Position numbers and translations under genes: made by a program. From NCBI RefSeq assembly GCF_061271975.1, contig NZ_JBWPXN010000002.1: a DNA stretch of 24,000 bases, one strand, 5' to 3'. The stretch's first letter is position 1, and the number at the start of each line of letters is the position of its first letter. The notes beneath the pieces are model-generated. The model saw only the letters and a list, made by a program, of their open reading frames with translations, did no database searches and was not told where the DNA came from. This document shows positions 1-9,098 of the stretch, piece by piece.

Positions 1-609
1 ACTCTTATCTGAAGTTGCAATATTCCTAAAAACTATCTCCAGAGGAATTAACTGAAGATGCACCAGTAAAGCAATAGACAACGGAATGACAAGATAGATC
101 TGAACACGTCTCAACAGTTTCATTCTATTGTTTTTAAACGATAAGTCATATTCAAGATACCTCTTATTTACTATGGCTAAAATAACAGCTATCAGTACAC
201 CCATACTTGCAATAGATAACCAGCCAGAGTTATCTTTAACATTCTGATCAAAATCAAATGCACAGTATAACACATATATAAAGGCCATGGGGAACATGCC
301 AGATAACATCATCACAGATAAAAAATTACCCTGAATCTTATTGTAAGCAGGAAGATTATTTATATCCTGAGGAATAACTACGGGTATAAAAAAAGAGGTT
401 ATAAAAAAGATAAATACTATCATAGCCAATGATAGTATAGTTGCACAACAAACCAATACCAAGATGCTTTTAATATTCATTACATCAAAGAAAATATCTA
501 GTCGGCCCAGGCGACTGAAATATCCCCAGAGAACTATCAACGCAATCCCTGATATAATACTTGATGGTGTTAATAATGAAATAATTAACGTCTTCCACTT
601 CTGATTCAT
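1..609 (-). CDS. Partial multi-pass membrane protein of unknown function (runs off the left edge)
   Basis: Not in the ORF track because it is truncated. The reverse complement from 609 reads ATG AAT CAG AAG TGG... open to base 1 (MNQKWKTLIISLLTPSSIISGIALIVLWGYFSRL...), preceded by GGAGATTAAG. Several hydrophobic segments. Confidence 0.6.
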   Translation of the reverse strand, partial: MNQKWKTLIISLLTPSSIISGIALIVLWGYFSRLGRLDIFFDVMNIKSILVLVCCATILSLAMIVFIFFITSFFIPVVIPQDINNLPAYNKIQGNFLSVMMLSGMFPMAFIYVLYCAFDFDQNVKDNSGWLSIASMGVLIAVILAIVNKRYLEYDLSFKNNRMKLLRRVQIYLVIPLSIALLVHLQLIPLEIVFRNIATSDKS

Positions 610-1140
610 CTTAATCTCCTAGTTTTACTATAAAGAGAACATAAAAAAGCTGAATGAGTTATAACACTTCATTATCTGACTCTTCTCCGTAACCTTTCAA
701 GAAGATTGTCGCATATTCTTGATAAGTTATATCATAAGCATATTGTTTTAGGTAGCGTTTTCACTAAATTCATTTGACCATCGTCATAATATTTTTAGTC
801 TGAATATAGGAGATGATATATATCATATGCAGTATGATATAAAACTTTAAAAGTGACTGAATAGATAATAGTTCATGCATGAACAAGACCATAACATGAA
901 AAAATATGCTTATTATGCATCGGTCTTATGTTGTGACTAAGCCGCCTGAAGACAGAGAAGTAGCTAAGAATATGGCATCAGACACCTTCAGTTGTCGTAT
1001 AAGGTTATCTGCAGGGTTTTTCTCCGTATCTGTCTGTTCCAGGCATTACCCCAATTCTCCCAAATGTTCTGTACTGGAAGCACCTTTGTGTATCGAATAA
1101 ACTGCATGTAAAATTTAAACTTACAATCACGAGGCTTGAT

Positions 1141-1397
1141 ATGGCCAGAACAATGACAGTTGCTCTCGGAGATGAACTCTGGGAGTACATAGAATCAGGT
1201 GATTATCGTACACAGAGTGAGGTAATCCGCGAGTCACTTCGTCTCCTTCGAGAGAAACAGGCAGAGTCACGTCTCCAGGTGTCCTGCGGGATTTACTGGC
1301 AGAAGGCTTGAGCAGCGGTGAACCTGTGTCGTGGGAAAAAAATGCGTTTCTGAAAAAAGTGAAAGCTGGCGCGAGGGCTTCCGGTGAAAACCGTTAA
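1141..1397 (+). pseudogene. parD: ParD-like antitoxin, frameshifted
   Basis: MARTMTVALGDELWEYIESGDYRTQSEVIRESLRLLREKQAESRLQ is ParD-like. The frame then breaks at CAGGTGTCCTGCGG; the continuation LRDLLAEGLSSGEPVSWEKNAFLKKVKAGARASGENR* lies in another frame and ends at 1397. Confidence 0.82.
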
Positions 1398-1674
1398 ACT
1401 CACACCTAAAGCCAGTCAGGATCTGGAGGATATCTAGCATTACGGGTACCACCATTTCGGTGAAGAGTAGGCTGATAAATATATTAATCAGATATCCGAC
1501 ATTTTTCAGGTTATGAGTAATCATAATATCGGTACTCCCCGTCCTGAACTGGGGGAATACACATTCGCACTACCCGTTGAACGGCATATGGTTTATTTTC
1601 TGCAAACTGATACTGAAATTGTTATTATTCGTATATTAAGTCAGCATCAGGATGCCAGCCGTCATTTCAACTGA
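1393..1674 (+). pseudogene. parE: ParE-like toxin remnant with two in-frame stops and no ATG
   Basis: Frame from 1393: VKLTPKASQDLEDI*HYGYHHFGEE*ADKYINQISDIFQVMSNHNIGTPRPELGEYTFALPVERHMVYFLQTDTEIVIIRILSQHQDASRHFN*. TAG codons at 1435-1437 and 1468-1470. Confidence 0.82.
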
Positions 1675-2043
1675 CAGTAATCAGCCACCACATTGCGTTG
1701 CGTGAAAACTGGCAGGGTTACAGGGGTGTACCTAGCCAGAATTCACGTAGCGCAACTCCCCTCTCTGTGTATTTTTCTCCTTTCCTTGCGATCATCTTTG
1801 CCCTGGCATTACCCCATTTCTCCCAAAGACGGCAAACCAGCCCTCAGCCCGCGCCACGACTGGCTTAATACGGGATCCCTGCTGCAAAACATACCTTTAC
1901 GTATTTGGTTTTACCCGCAATAATGCGTGATAAGCAAACAAAAGGATCCGCGCGCTGCGATTTATTGTCGTGGAAGGATCCGGGCGTTCAGGTCAGAATA
2001 CCTGTATCCATAAACAGTGCGTGTGCTACGTGAAAAATAACTC

Positions 2044-2784
2044 ATGAACAATGTCATTCCCCTGCAGAATTCACCAGAACGCGTTTCCCTGTTACCCATT
2101 GCGCCGGGGGTGGATTTTGCAACAGCGCTCTCCCTGAGAAGAATGGCCACTTCCACGGGGGCCACACCGGCCTACCTGCTGGCCCCGGAAGTGAGTGCCC
2201 TTCTCTTCTATATGCCGGATCAGCGTCACCATATGCTGTTCGCCACCCTCTGGAATACCGGAATGCGTATTGGCGAAGCCCGGATGCTGACGCCGGAATC
2301 ATTTGACCTGGATGGAGTAAGACCGTTTGTGCGGATCCTGTCCGAAAAAGTGCGTGCGCGACGCGGACGCCCGCCAAAAGATGAAGTGCGCCTGGTTCCG
2401 CTGACAGATATAAGCTATGTCAGGCAGATGGAAAGCTGGATGATCACCACCCGGCCCCGTCGTCGTGAACCATTATGGGCCGTGACCGACGAAACCATGC
2501 GCAACTGGCTGAAGCAGGCTGTCAGACGGGCCGAAGCTGACGGGGTACACTTTTCGATTCCGGTCACACCACATACCTTCCGGCACAGCTATATCATGCA
2601 CATGCTCTATCACCGCCAGCCCCGGAAAGTCATCCAGGCACTGGCTGGTCACAGGGATCCACGTTCGATGGAGGTTTATACCAGAGTGTTTGCACTGGAT
2701 ATGGCTGCCACGCTGGCAGTGCCTTTCACAGGTGACGGTCGGGATGCTGCGGAGATCCTGCGTACACTGCCTCCCCTGAAGTAA
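2044..2784 (+). CDS. Tyrosine recombinase/integrase next to RepFIB (ResD-like)
   Basis: 246 aa. Contains [36 protein letters not shown] (R..HxxR..H..Y pattern). Position beside RepFIB repA is as in known IncFIB plasmids. Confidence 0.93.
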
Positions 2785-2824
2785 CGGCACTTCCTTATAT
2801 AAGCATGGTCAGCAGAACAGACAT

Positions 2825-3060
2825 AACATAAGCTGGAGCAGGTAGATAAGCTGTAGTGAGTAAACCATGTTTTATGAAGGGAGCAATGCCTCAGCATCAG
2901 GTTACGGGGTGACTCACGTAAGGGACAGGCAGATGGCAGCTCAGCCACAGGCAGCACTGCAGGAAACTGAATATAAACTGCAGTAAGCAGACCACTCACT
3001 GCACCTGATAATATAAGCTGTAGTCAGTAAAGGAGCACTCTTCACTGACTACAGTTTATG
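2825..3060. repeat. RepFIB repA-proximal iteron-like repeats (3' side of repA)
   Basis: Repeated ATAAGCTGTAG/CAGTAA-type elements: CATAAGCTGGAGCAG, GATAAGCTGTAGTGAGTAA, ATAAACTGCAGTAAGCAG, ATAAGCTGTAGTCAGTAA, plus an inverted ACTGACTACAGTTTATG. Confidence 0.7.
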
Positions 3061-3061
3061 T

Positions 3062-4081
3062 TCAGCGGGATTTGAAGAGTTTTTCCAGGTCATCCAGCGT
3101 GATGCCCAGTTTCTCAAGCAGGGCAAGTTTCTCCGCCATCTCCGGACTGACTTTTTCCGCAGGTGAAGGTGGCAACGGATTTTCCTTACTCTCATCATTC
3201 GGCGCTTTTAACCGGGGACGCCGGTAGTGAATGCAGAAGAGTTTTGTCCGCCCCCGCTGGATCTCCGTGTAATCAAGATATCCAATCTCGCGCAGCTGCT
3301 CCATTGCCCGTCTGACCGTCTGGTTCTGGGAAAATACAGGAGACTTCAGATTGAGGCGTGCACGCAGCCGCGCCAGCGATACCGGTGCCGGATCCCGGGG
3401 CAGGCTCTCTATAAAGGTGTAGAGTGCCTGGGCGGACTCCCGTCGCTTTAGGGCATTAATCGCCTTAAGCTGGAGAAGGACTTTTCTGTCAAACTGGTAC
3501 AGTTCAAACAGGCGGGGATCAGCCTGTAACTGAACAATATCCCGCTCAGTATCGTAGTAGGCTGACTGTACCAGATGGGTGATGTATTCCCGGGTGTGCT
3601 TCTCATCGGTGCGGGAAAAGGAGATCACGGTACCGGCAATGCGTTTCAGGGAAGGGCTGATGCGCTCACGCAGCCTGCGTGATGACTGGCTTGAGGGTAT
3701 ACCACACAGTTTTGCAAACTCGACAAAAGGCAGTTCAACTTTGTCACCAATCACGTTATGGCGGGCAAAGGAATGAATGATCCCCACCCAGGTCTTGAAA
3801 TCGTTATCCATATCCAGGCGGGGGCCGGTGATCTCAACCTTATCGAATCCTTCTGCACGGGCCAGGGAAAGACGCGTCAGTTCTTCCGTGGCATCGGTGC
3901 GTGACAGAGTATTTTTTTTACTGTTCTTCAGTGACTTAAGGGTCGGTACAAAGACGCCCAGACGCATCAGCGCCACAGGTTGTACGGTGTTGTTATTGTT
4001 TGGTGTCAGTGTCACCAGCTCACCGGACGACTTATCCACCTCGCCGAACAGTTTTTTGATGTCTGAATTTTCGTTTTCCAG
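3062..4081 (-). CDS. repA: RepFIB replication initiator protein RepA
   Basis: The ORF track gives 3062..4039 ([31 protein letters not shown]...). In frame upstream, a CTG at 4081-4079 follows AGGAGG and adds (M)[16 protein letters not shown] initiation is reported in the literature for RepFIB of P307. Confidence 0.93.
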   Translation of the reverse strand: MENENSDIKKLFGEVDKSSGELVTLTPNNNNTVQPVALMRLGVFVPTLKSLKNSKKNTLSRTDATEELTRLSLARAEGFDKVEITGPRLDMDNDFKTWVGIIHSFARHNVIGDKVELPFVEFAKLCGIPSSQSSRRLRERISPSLKRIAGTVISFSRTDEKHTREYITHLVQSAYYDTERDIVQLQADPRLFELYQFDRKVLLQLKAINALKRRESAQALYTFIESLPRDPAPVSLARLRARLNLKSPVFSQNQTVRRAMEQLREIGYLDYTEIQRGRTKLFCIHYRRPRLKAPNDESKENPLPPSPAEKVSPEMAEKLALLEKLGITLDDLEKLFKSR

Positions 4082-4195
4082 AAAGCCTCCTGCCTGTGGA
4101 CAGTAAAAGAATAAACAGCAAATCGGATGTCAGAGCCCCGCTAACTGACTGAAGAAAAACCTGCAGTCTGTATTTAACAACAGAGTCTGGCGTAC

Positions 4196-4300
4196 TGACC
4201 ATAGTTTATGTCATTAACTTACTGCAGTATATGTATTACTTAATACAGATTATCATTAACTTGTTACAGTTTATCAGTAACATGCCACAGCTTATGTGAT
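4196..4300. repeat. RepFIB iterons upstream of repA (5 units, 21-23 bp spacing)
   Basis: CATAGTTTATG, GCAGTATATG, ACAGATTATC, ACAGTTTATC, ACAGCTTATG, with AG cores at about 4204, 4227, 4248, 4269, 4290. Confidence 0.78.
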
Positions 4301-4496
4301 CGTGCTCCCGGACCATTAATGACAAGGTTTACAGCGATATGGGGATCTTTAATGGATCCTTTGTTGATCATTCATGGATCTGTTTACTGGATCGGGCCTC
4401 TGGATATGTGGATAAATCATTCCAGAAAAACAGCATACACTACCGATTATGAAGGCTTCAGGGCGTACCTGCTCACTGTAACTACAGATCCATTGC

Positions 4497-4550
4497 GCTT
4501 CCTCGCCGGTTCGCGGGCTTCGCCCGGTCACCGGTCTGCGGCGAGCACTG
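4497..4550 (+). other. 54-nt motif copy A (possible single-strand initiation/primosome-type site)
   Basis: GCTTCCTCGCCGGTTCGCGGGCTTCGCCCGGTCACCGGTCTGCGGCGAGCACTG, sharing both ends with copies at 18353-18406 (rc) and 19892-19945. Confidence 0.45.
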
Positions 4551-4999
4551 TTTTTTCTGAAGTCTGTCTTTACAGGTAATTTTTGACGGAATCTGCCGTA
4601 CTTCCTGAGCGTACAGTCATATCCGAAATACACTTCATATGTTTGTTTCAACGCCAGAGGCGCATACAGACTGGCTCCATGAATATCCTGATGACAGGTA
4701 CTGCTGCGCAGACACCGGTCATGGATGTAACGGAAATACCAGCTGAACCGCAGGTCTTCCAGTCGGGGACACTGAGTACAGGGCTGGAGCTTGTGGATAC
4801 GTATCTCTGGATCTTCAAACACTTTATGGAAGGAAAGGTGTTAACCAGATCCCTTGCCTGCCTGGTTTATATCAAGCCCTATAGCGACAGGACGGACAGT
4901 GTCACCTTCCAGTCGTAAGCGTAAACTGACCGCCGTATGTAGCCATCAGACGAGAATTGGTAACTTAGACGCCCATCTGATATAGACGGACATCTAAGT

Positions 5000-5425
5000 A
5001 TGGAATTACAGGACTGGCGAAAAGAACCTCGTAAAAACTATTCGAATGAATTCAAACTTCGTATGGTGGAACTGGCATCACAACCTGGAGCTTGTGTTGC
5101 ACAGATTGCACGTGAAAATGGCGTCAATGATAATGTTATTTTCAAATGGCTCAGGCTCTGGCAGAACGAAGGGCGTGTTTCGCGGCGTCTTCCGGTAACG
5201 ACCTCTTCTGACACTGGCGTTGAATTATTACCTGTAGAAATAACGCCGGATGAGCAGAAAGAACCTGTGGCGGCCATTGCGCCGTCTTTATCCACTTCCA
5301 CTCAGACCAGAGTCAGTGCCAGTTCCTGCAAGGTGGAATTCCGTCACGGTAACATGACGCTGGAAAATCCATCGCCAGAGCTGCTCACAGTGTTGATCCG
5401 TGAACTGACCGGGAGGGGAAGATGA
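5000..5425 (+). CDS. tnpA: IS66-family accessory protein TnpA (Orf1)
   Basis: 141 aa; N-terminal helix-turn-helix FKLRMVELASQPGACVAQIARENGVNDNVIFKWLRLW. Confidence 0.9.
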   Translation: MELQDWRKEPRKNYSNEFKLRMVELASQPGACVAQIARENGVNDNVIFKWLRLWQNEGRVSRRLPVTTSSDTGVELLPVEITPDEQKEPVAAIAPSLSTSTQTRVSASSCKVEFRHGNMTLENPSPELLTVLIRELTGRGR

Positions 5426-5772
5426 TCTCACTCCCATCAGGTACCCGTATCTGGCTCGTTGCCGGCGTTACCGATATGCGTAAATCCTTCAACGGACTGG
5501 GAGAACAGGTACAACATGTGCTGAATGATAATCCCTTCTCCGGTCACCTGTTTATCTTCCGTGGCCGACGGGGTGACACCGTCAAAATTCTTTGGGCTGA
5601 TGCTGATGGTCTGTGCCTGTTCACCAAACGCCTGGAGGAAGGCCAGTTTATCTGGCCTGCGGTACGTAACGGCAAGGTATCCATTACCCGCTCGCAACTG
5701 GCAATGCTCCTCGATAAGCTGGACTGGCGTCAGCCAAAAACATCCAGCCGTAACTCACTGACAATGTTGTAA
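5422..5772 (+). CDS. tnpB: IS66-family accessory protein TnpB (Orf2)
   Basis: 116 aa MISLPSGTRIWLVAGVTDMRKSFNGL...HLFIFRGRRGDTVKILWADADGLCLF; ATGA overlap with tnpA. Confidence 0.93.
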   Translation: MISLPSGTRIWLVAGVTDMRKSFNGLGEQVQHVLNDNPFSGHLFIFRGRRGDTVKILWADADGLCLFTKRLEEGQFIWPAVRNGKVSITRSQLAMLLDKLDWRQPKTSSRNSLTML

Positions 5773-5802
5773 AAAACTCCTGACCGCATTATAAAAACGG
5801 TC

Positions 5803-7551
5803 ATGAGTCAGAAATACCTCATTCGCATCGCAGAGCTGGAAAGGTTGCTCTCTGAGCAGGCTGAAGCCCTCCGTCAGAAAGACCAGCAACTGAGTCTGGT
5901 TGAAGAGACGGAAGCCTTCCTGCGCTCTGCACTGACACGTGCCGAAGAAAAGATCGAAGAAGATGAACGGGAAATAGAACATCTGCGGGCTCAGATAGAA
6001 AAACTGCGCCGGATGCTGTTCGGTACCCGTTCTGAAAAACTGCGTCGTGAAGTTGAACTGGCTGAGGCTCTGCTGAAACAACGTGAACAGGACAGCGATC
6101 GTTACAGTGGGCGGGAAGACGATCCTCAGGTTCCCCGCCAGTTGCGACAGTCGCGCCATCGTCGTCCGTTACCGGCACACCTTCCCCGTGAAATACACCG
6201 CCTGGAGCCAGAAGAAAGCTGTTGCCCGGAGTGTGGCGGTGAGCTGGATTATCTGGGGGAAGTCAGCGCTGAACAGCTGGAACTGGTGAGCAGTGCCCTG
6301 AAAGTGATCCGCACAGAACGGGTAAAAAAAGCCTGTACAAAATGTGACTGTATTGTTGAAGCACCGGCGCCGTCCCGCCCGATAGAGCGTGGTATCGCGG
6401 GCCCCGGATTACTTGCCCGCGTGTTAACGGGAAAATACTGCGAACATCTGCCACTGTATCGTCAGAGTGAAATCTTTGCCCGCCAGGGTGTCGAACTGAG
6501 CCGGGCCTTACTCTCCAACTGGGTTGACGCGTGCTGCCAGTTAATGACACCGGTGAATGATGCCCTGTACCGTTATGTAATGAACACCCGCAAGATTCAC
6601 ACTGATGACACACCGGTAAAGGTACTGGCACCGGGTCAGAAAAAGGCGAAAACAGGGCGTATCTGGACGTATGTCCGGGATGATCGCAATGTGGGTTCGT
6701 CATCTCCTCCAGCGGTCTGGTTCGCGTACTCGCCGAACCGGCAGGGGAAACACCCGGAGCAACACCTCCGCCCCTTCCGGGGTATCCTGCAGGCGGATGC
6801 GTTCACAGGTTACGACAGGTTGTTCAGTGCAGAACGTGAAGGTGGTGCACTGACAGAAGTTGCGTGCTGGGCCCATGCCCGGCGAAAAATCCACGATGTA
6901 TACATCAGCAGCAAAAGTGCGACGGCAGAAGAAGCACTGAAGCGAATCAGTGAACTGTACGCCATCGAGGATGAAATACGGGGATTACCGGAGTCAGAGC
7001 GTCTTGCCGTCAGGCAGCAGCGAAGCAAAGTGTTACTGACGTCGCTGCATGAATGGATGGTGGAGAAGAATGGTACGCTGTCGAAAAAATCCAGACTGGG
7101 CGAAGCGTTCAGCTATGTACTGAATCAGTGGGATGCCCTCTGTTATTACAGTGATGACGGTCTGGCGGAGGCGGATAATAATGCTGCGGAAAGAGCGCTT
7201 CGTGCAGTCTGTCTCGGAAAGAAAAACTTTATGTTCTTTGGCAGCGATCACGGCGGCGAGCGTGGAGCACTGTTGTACGGGCTGATCGGCACCTGCCGTC
7301 TGAACGGTATCGATCCGGAAGCGTATCTGCGCCATATCCTGAGCGTACTGCCGGAATGGCCTTCCAACCGAGTTGATGAACTCCTGCCATGGAACGTAGT
7401 ACTCACCAATAAAGAAGCGTCAATACGGTGCTCCGTTGACGCTTACTTCCAGTCAGTAGCTAAACGATCTAAGGTGTTCCTGGACAAACTGCAGGAGCCA
7501 ACGTCTGAAATGATAAATAAGCGAGGGAATATCTGGTGCTGGAAGAGTTGA
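5803..7551 (+). CDS. tnpC: IS66-family transposase TnpC; ORF reads through the IS right end into flanking DNA
   Basis: 582 aa IS66 transposase (GEVSAEQLELV, CTKCDCIVEAPAPSRPIERG, LQADAFTGYDRLF, WAHARRKIHDV, NNAAERALRAVCLGKKNFMFFGSDHGGERGALLY). The IS ends at 7446 but the first in-frame stop is at 7549-7551. Confidence 0.93.
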   Translation: MSQKYLIRIAELERLLSEQAEALRQKDQQLSLVEETEAFLRSALTRAEEKIEEDEREIEHLRAQIEKLRRMLFGTRSEKLRREVELAEALLKQREQDSDRYSGREDDPQVPRQLRQSRHRRPLPAHLPREIHRLEPEESCCPECGGELDYLGEVSAEQLELVSSALKVIRTERVKKACTKCDCIVEAPAPSRPIERGIAGPGLLARVLTGKYCEHLPLYRQSEIFARQGVELSRALLSNWVDACCQLMTPVNDALYRYVMNTRKIHTDDTPVKVLAPGQKKAKTGRIWTYVRDDRNVGSSSPPAVWFAYSPNRQGKHPEQHLRPFRGILQADAFTGYDRLFSAEREGGALTEVACWAHARRKIHDVYISSKSATAEEALKRISELYAIEDEIRGLPESERLAVRQQRSKVLLTSLHEWMVEKNGTLSKKSRLGEAFSYVLNQWDALCYYSDDGLAEADNNAAERALRAVCLGKKNFMFFGSDHGGERGALLYGLIGTCRLNGIDPEAYLRHILSVLPEWPSNRVDELLPWNVVLTNKEASIRCSVDAYFQSVAKRSKVFLDKLQEPTSEMINKRGNIWCWKS

Positions 7552-8060
7552 GATGACTGGCACATTGGTATAAATCTTGCCGTCATTCTGATCAGTTTGT
7601 AACATTCTGTAATGATCACCATTGGCTGGCGATTTTTCTGTTCAGTAATGTAATTAACCTTATCTGATGCGCTGGCCACTATTCCATCAGCTGTACTGAT
7701 GGCAGGCTCCCTGTTGAGGTCTGCCGCGAGCTGTCCGCCGGACTCAACGGGCTCTGCCACAATCCGGTTATGATAGCCTGGAAACTGATCAAGGGTCAGG
7801 TCGATATAGTCCCTGGCAGGGGCGGCAATGACGTGGCCGTATCTGCCAGGACCATTATCCCACTGCATACCGACAATACAGGAGTACAGGTTGCTGCCGT
7901 CTTCCGTCAGATAATCAGTCAGCGTCTGGCTGGCCAGCTCGCTGCAACCGGCCGGGAAATCCTTCAGGTGATCATACCCGGCGGTGAGAGAAGCCTCACA
8001 GGAAGTCAGCTCCAGAGCATGTCGGAAGGCCTGCAGGCGGGTCCAGGTGTCCGCATTCAC
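7443..8060 (-). CDS. Plasmid protein of unknown function, possible papain-like/transglutaminase-like fold; 3' end altered by the IS66 insertion
   Basis: GTG start inside AAGTGAATG, overlapping the upstream small ORF stop. 205 aa with GCSELASQTLTDYL, RYGHVIAAPARDYIDLTLDQF (C-H-D pattern). The stop TAA is created by the IS terminal bases. Confidence 0.6.
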   Translation of the reverse strand: MNADTWTRLQAFRHALELTSCEASLTAGYDHLKDFPAGCSELASQTLTDYLTEDGSNLYSCIVGMQWDNGPGRYGHVIAAPARDYIDLTLDQFPGYHNRIVAEPVESGGQLAADLNREPAISTADGIVASASDKVNYITEQKNRQPMVIITECYKLIRMTARFIPMCQSSQLFQHQIFPRLFIISDVGSCSLSRNTLDRLATDWK

Positions 8061-8197
8061 TTTTTCACCTTCCCGTCATGACGGGCCAGGGACTGAAGTT
8101 TACGGACGTCCTCCCGGGATCCTTTCAGCTCAGCTTTCGTATCCAGCAGCTGCGCCGCCAGCGGTCTTTTTCCCGGGAGCCGACTTTCCTGGCACAT
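8057..8197 (-). CDS. Small protein (46 aa), translationally coupled to the downstream gene
   Basis: Reverse complement ATGTGCCAGGAAAGTCGG... gives MCQESRLPGKRPLAAQLLDTKAELKGSREDVRKLQSLARHDGKVKK*; stop overlaps the GTG start at 8060. Below the length cut-off of the ORF track. Confidence 0.5.
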   Translation of the reverse strand: MCQESRLPGKRPLAAQLLDTKAELKGSREDVRKLQSLARHDGKVKK

Positions 8198-8813
8198 ATT
8201 CTTTTCGCAGTTATCCCCAGAATCTGTGGATAACTGTTGCTCCTCTTTTGAGAGAGAAGGCTTTACTCACCGCCTGAATGCGGCAGATATGTCTGGACGA
8301 TATATCTGCATACGCCGGTACTGCTTCGTCAGATTGCACGGCAGGTGAATTGCCGGGCTGGTACCATACCATATTTGCGCCGAACCCGTCCGGGGCGGTG
8401 CCGATAACAGATGTTAAATGATTGGTCGTTTTTACATCTGTAAAAGCAACAGGGCCCCATGATTATATCATGGGGCCCTGTTACTCTGATTCTTCGCAAT
8501 AGATTGCTCTGAATTAGATGCGCCTTCTCCATTAGACTAACAGTTCTATATTATTTTACCATCTTTAAATGTGTAAGAGTTTTCTGTTTTTTATTGGTGT
8601 TTATCTGTATTTTTTGTTTTAGGAACGTTTTTGTAAGAATTATCTTTTATATTTGAGGTGATATCTTATTGTGGTTGTTGTAATAGTTTAGAGTCGTAAT
8701 AAATATGATTGATCGCCACTTTAAATGAAGTTAATCTACTGGAGATGAAGTAACTTCATTAATGCGTCATAAAAATAAAAATTCCTGTTTTGGGAAATAT
8801 GAATGTGTCTGTC

Positions 8814-8837
8814 CCCTCCTTCGGGAGGGTGTTTTTT
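8814..8837 (+). terminator. Rho-independent terminator
   Basis: CCCTCC-TTCG-GGAGGG followed by TGTTTTTT. Confidence 0.75.
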
Positions 8838-8955
8838 ATCTGGAAACTGGTTTCTGGTTCTGATTTTTCTTTTTGTATTATAGCGAGTTACGCATATTTA
8901 CCAATCGATGTCTGGCAAACAGAGTATGGCGATGGTGTGATTTGTGTTTATTGGT

Positions 8956-8984
8956 AAAAAAAACACCCCCGTAGTGGGGGTGTT
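8956..8984 (-). terminator. Rho-independent terminator for the minus-strand small gene at 9099-9266
   Basis: Reverse complement AACACCCCC-ACTAC-GGGGGTGTT followed by TTTTTTTT (9-bp stem). Confidence 0.75.
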
Positions 8985-9098
8985 GAAACTTCAACCTATG
9001 TACTCATTATCCTTGGATGGATGAGTAGCGTGCGATATTGAATCATATTCAGCAGGAATAATAATATTCGCAAAAAAATGGATGTGCAAGGAAATTTT

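Larger units (their letters stand above)
4915..7446 (+). mobile_element. IS66-family insertion sequence, complete, 2532 bp
   Basis: Ends GTAAGCGTAAACTGACCGCCG (left) and rc-right GTAAGCGTCAACGGAGCACCG match 17/21. Flanked by the 8-bp direct repeat TTCCAGTC at 4907-4914 and 7447-7454. Three genes tnpA/B/C. Confidence 0.95.

Noticed and set aside
906-1100. 64-aa plus-strand ORF upstream of parD
   Set aside because: Low-quality composition and no SD; probably the upstream regulatory or junction region.
4319-4822. ORFs 4319-4579 (+) and 4349-4822 (-)
   Set aside because: Overlap each other and the ssi-like motif; no SD or family recognised. Not supported as genes.
5038-7335. Minus-strand and alternative-frame ORFs inside IS66 (e.g. 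5038-5301, 5755-6178, 6263-6703, 7033-7335)
   Set aside because: Antisense shadows of tnpA/B/C with no start signals or recognisable domains.
8329-8532. 67-aa minus-strand ORF
   Set aside because: No SD, no recognisable motif, and located in an intergenic interval.
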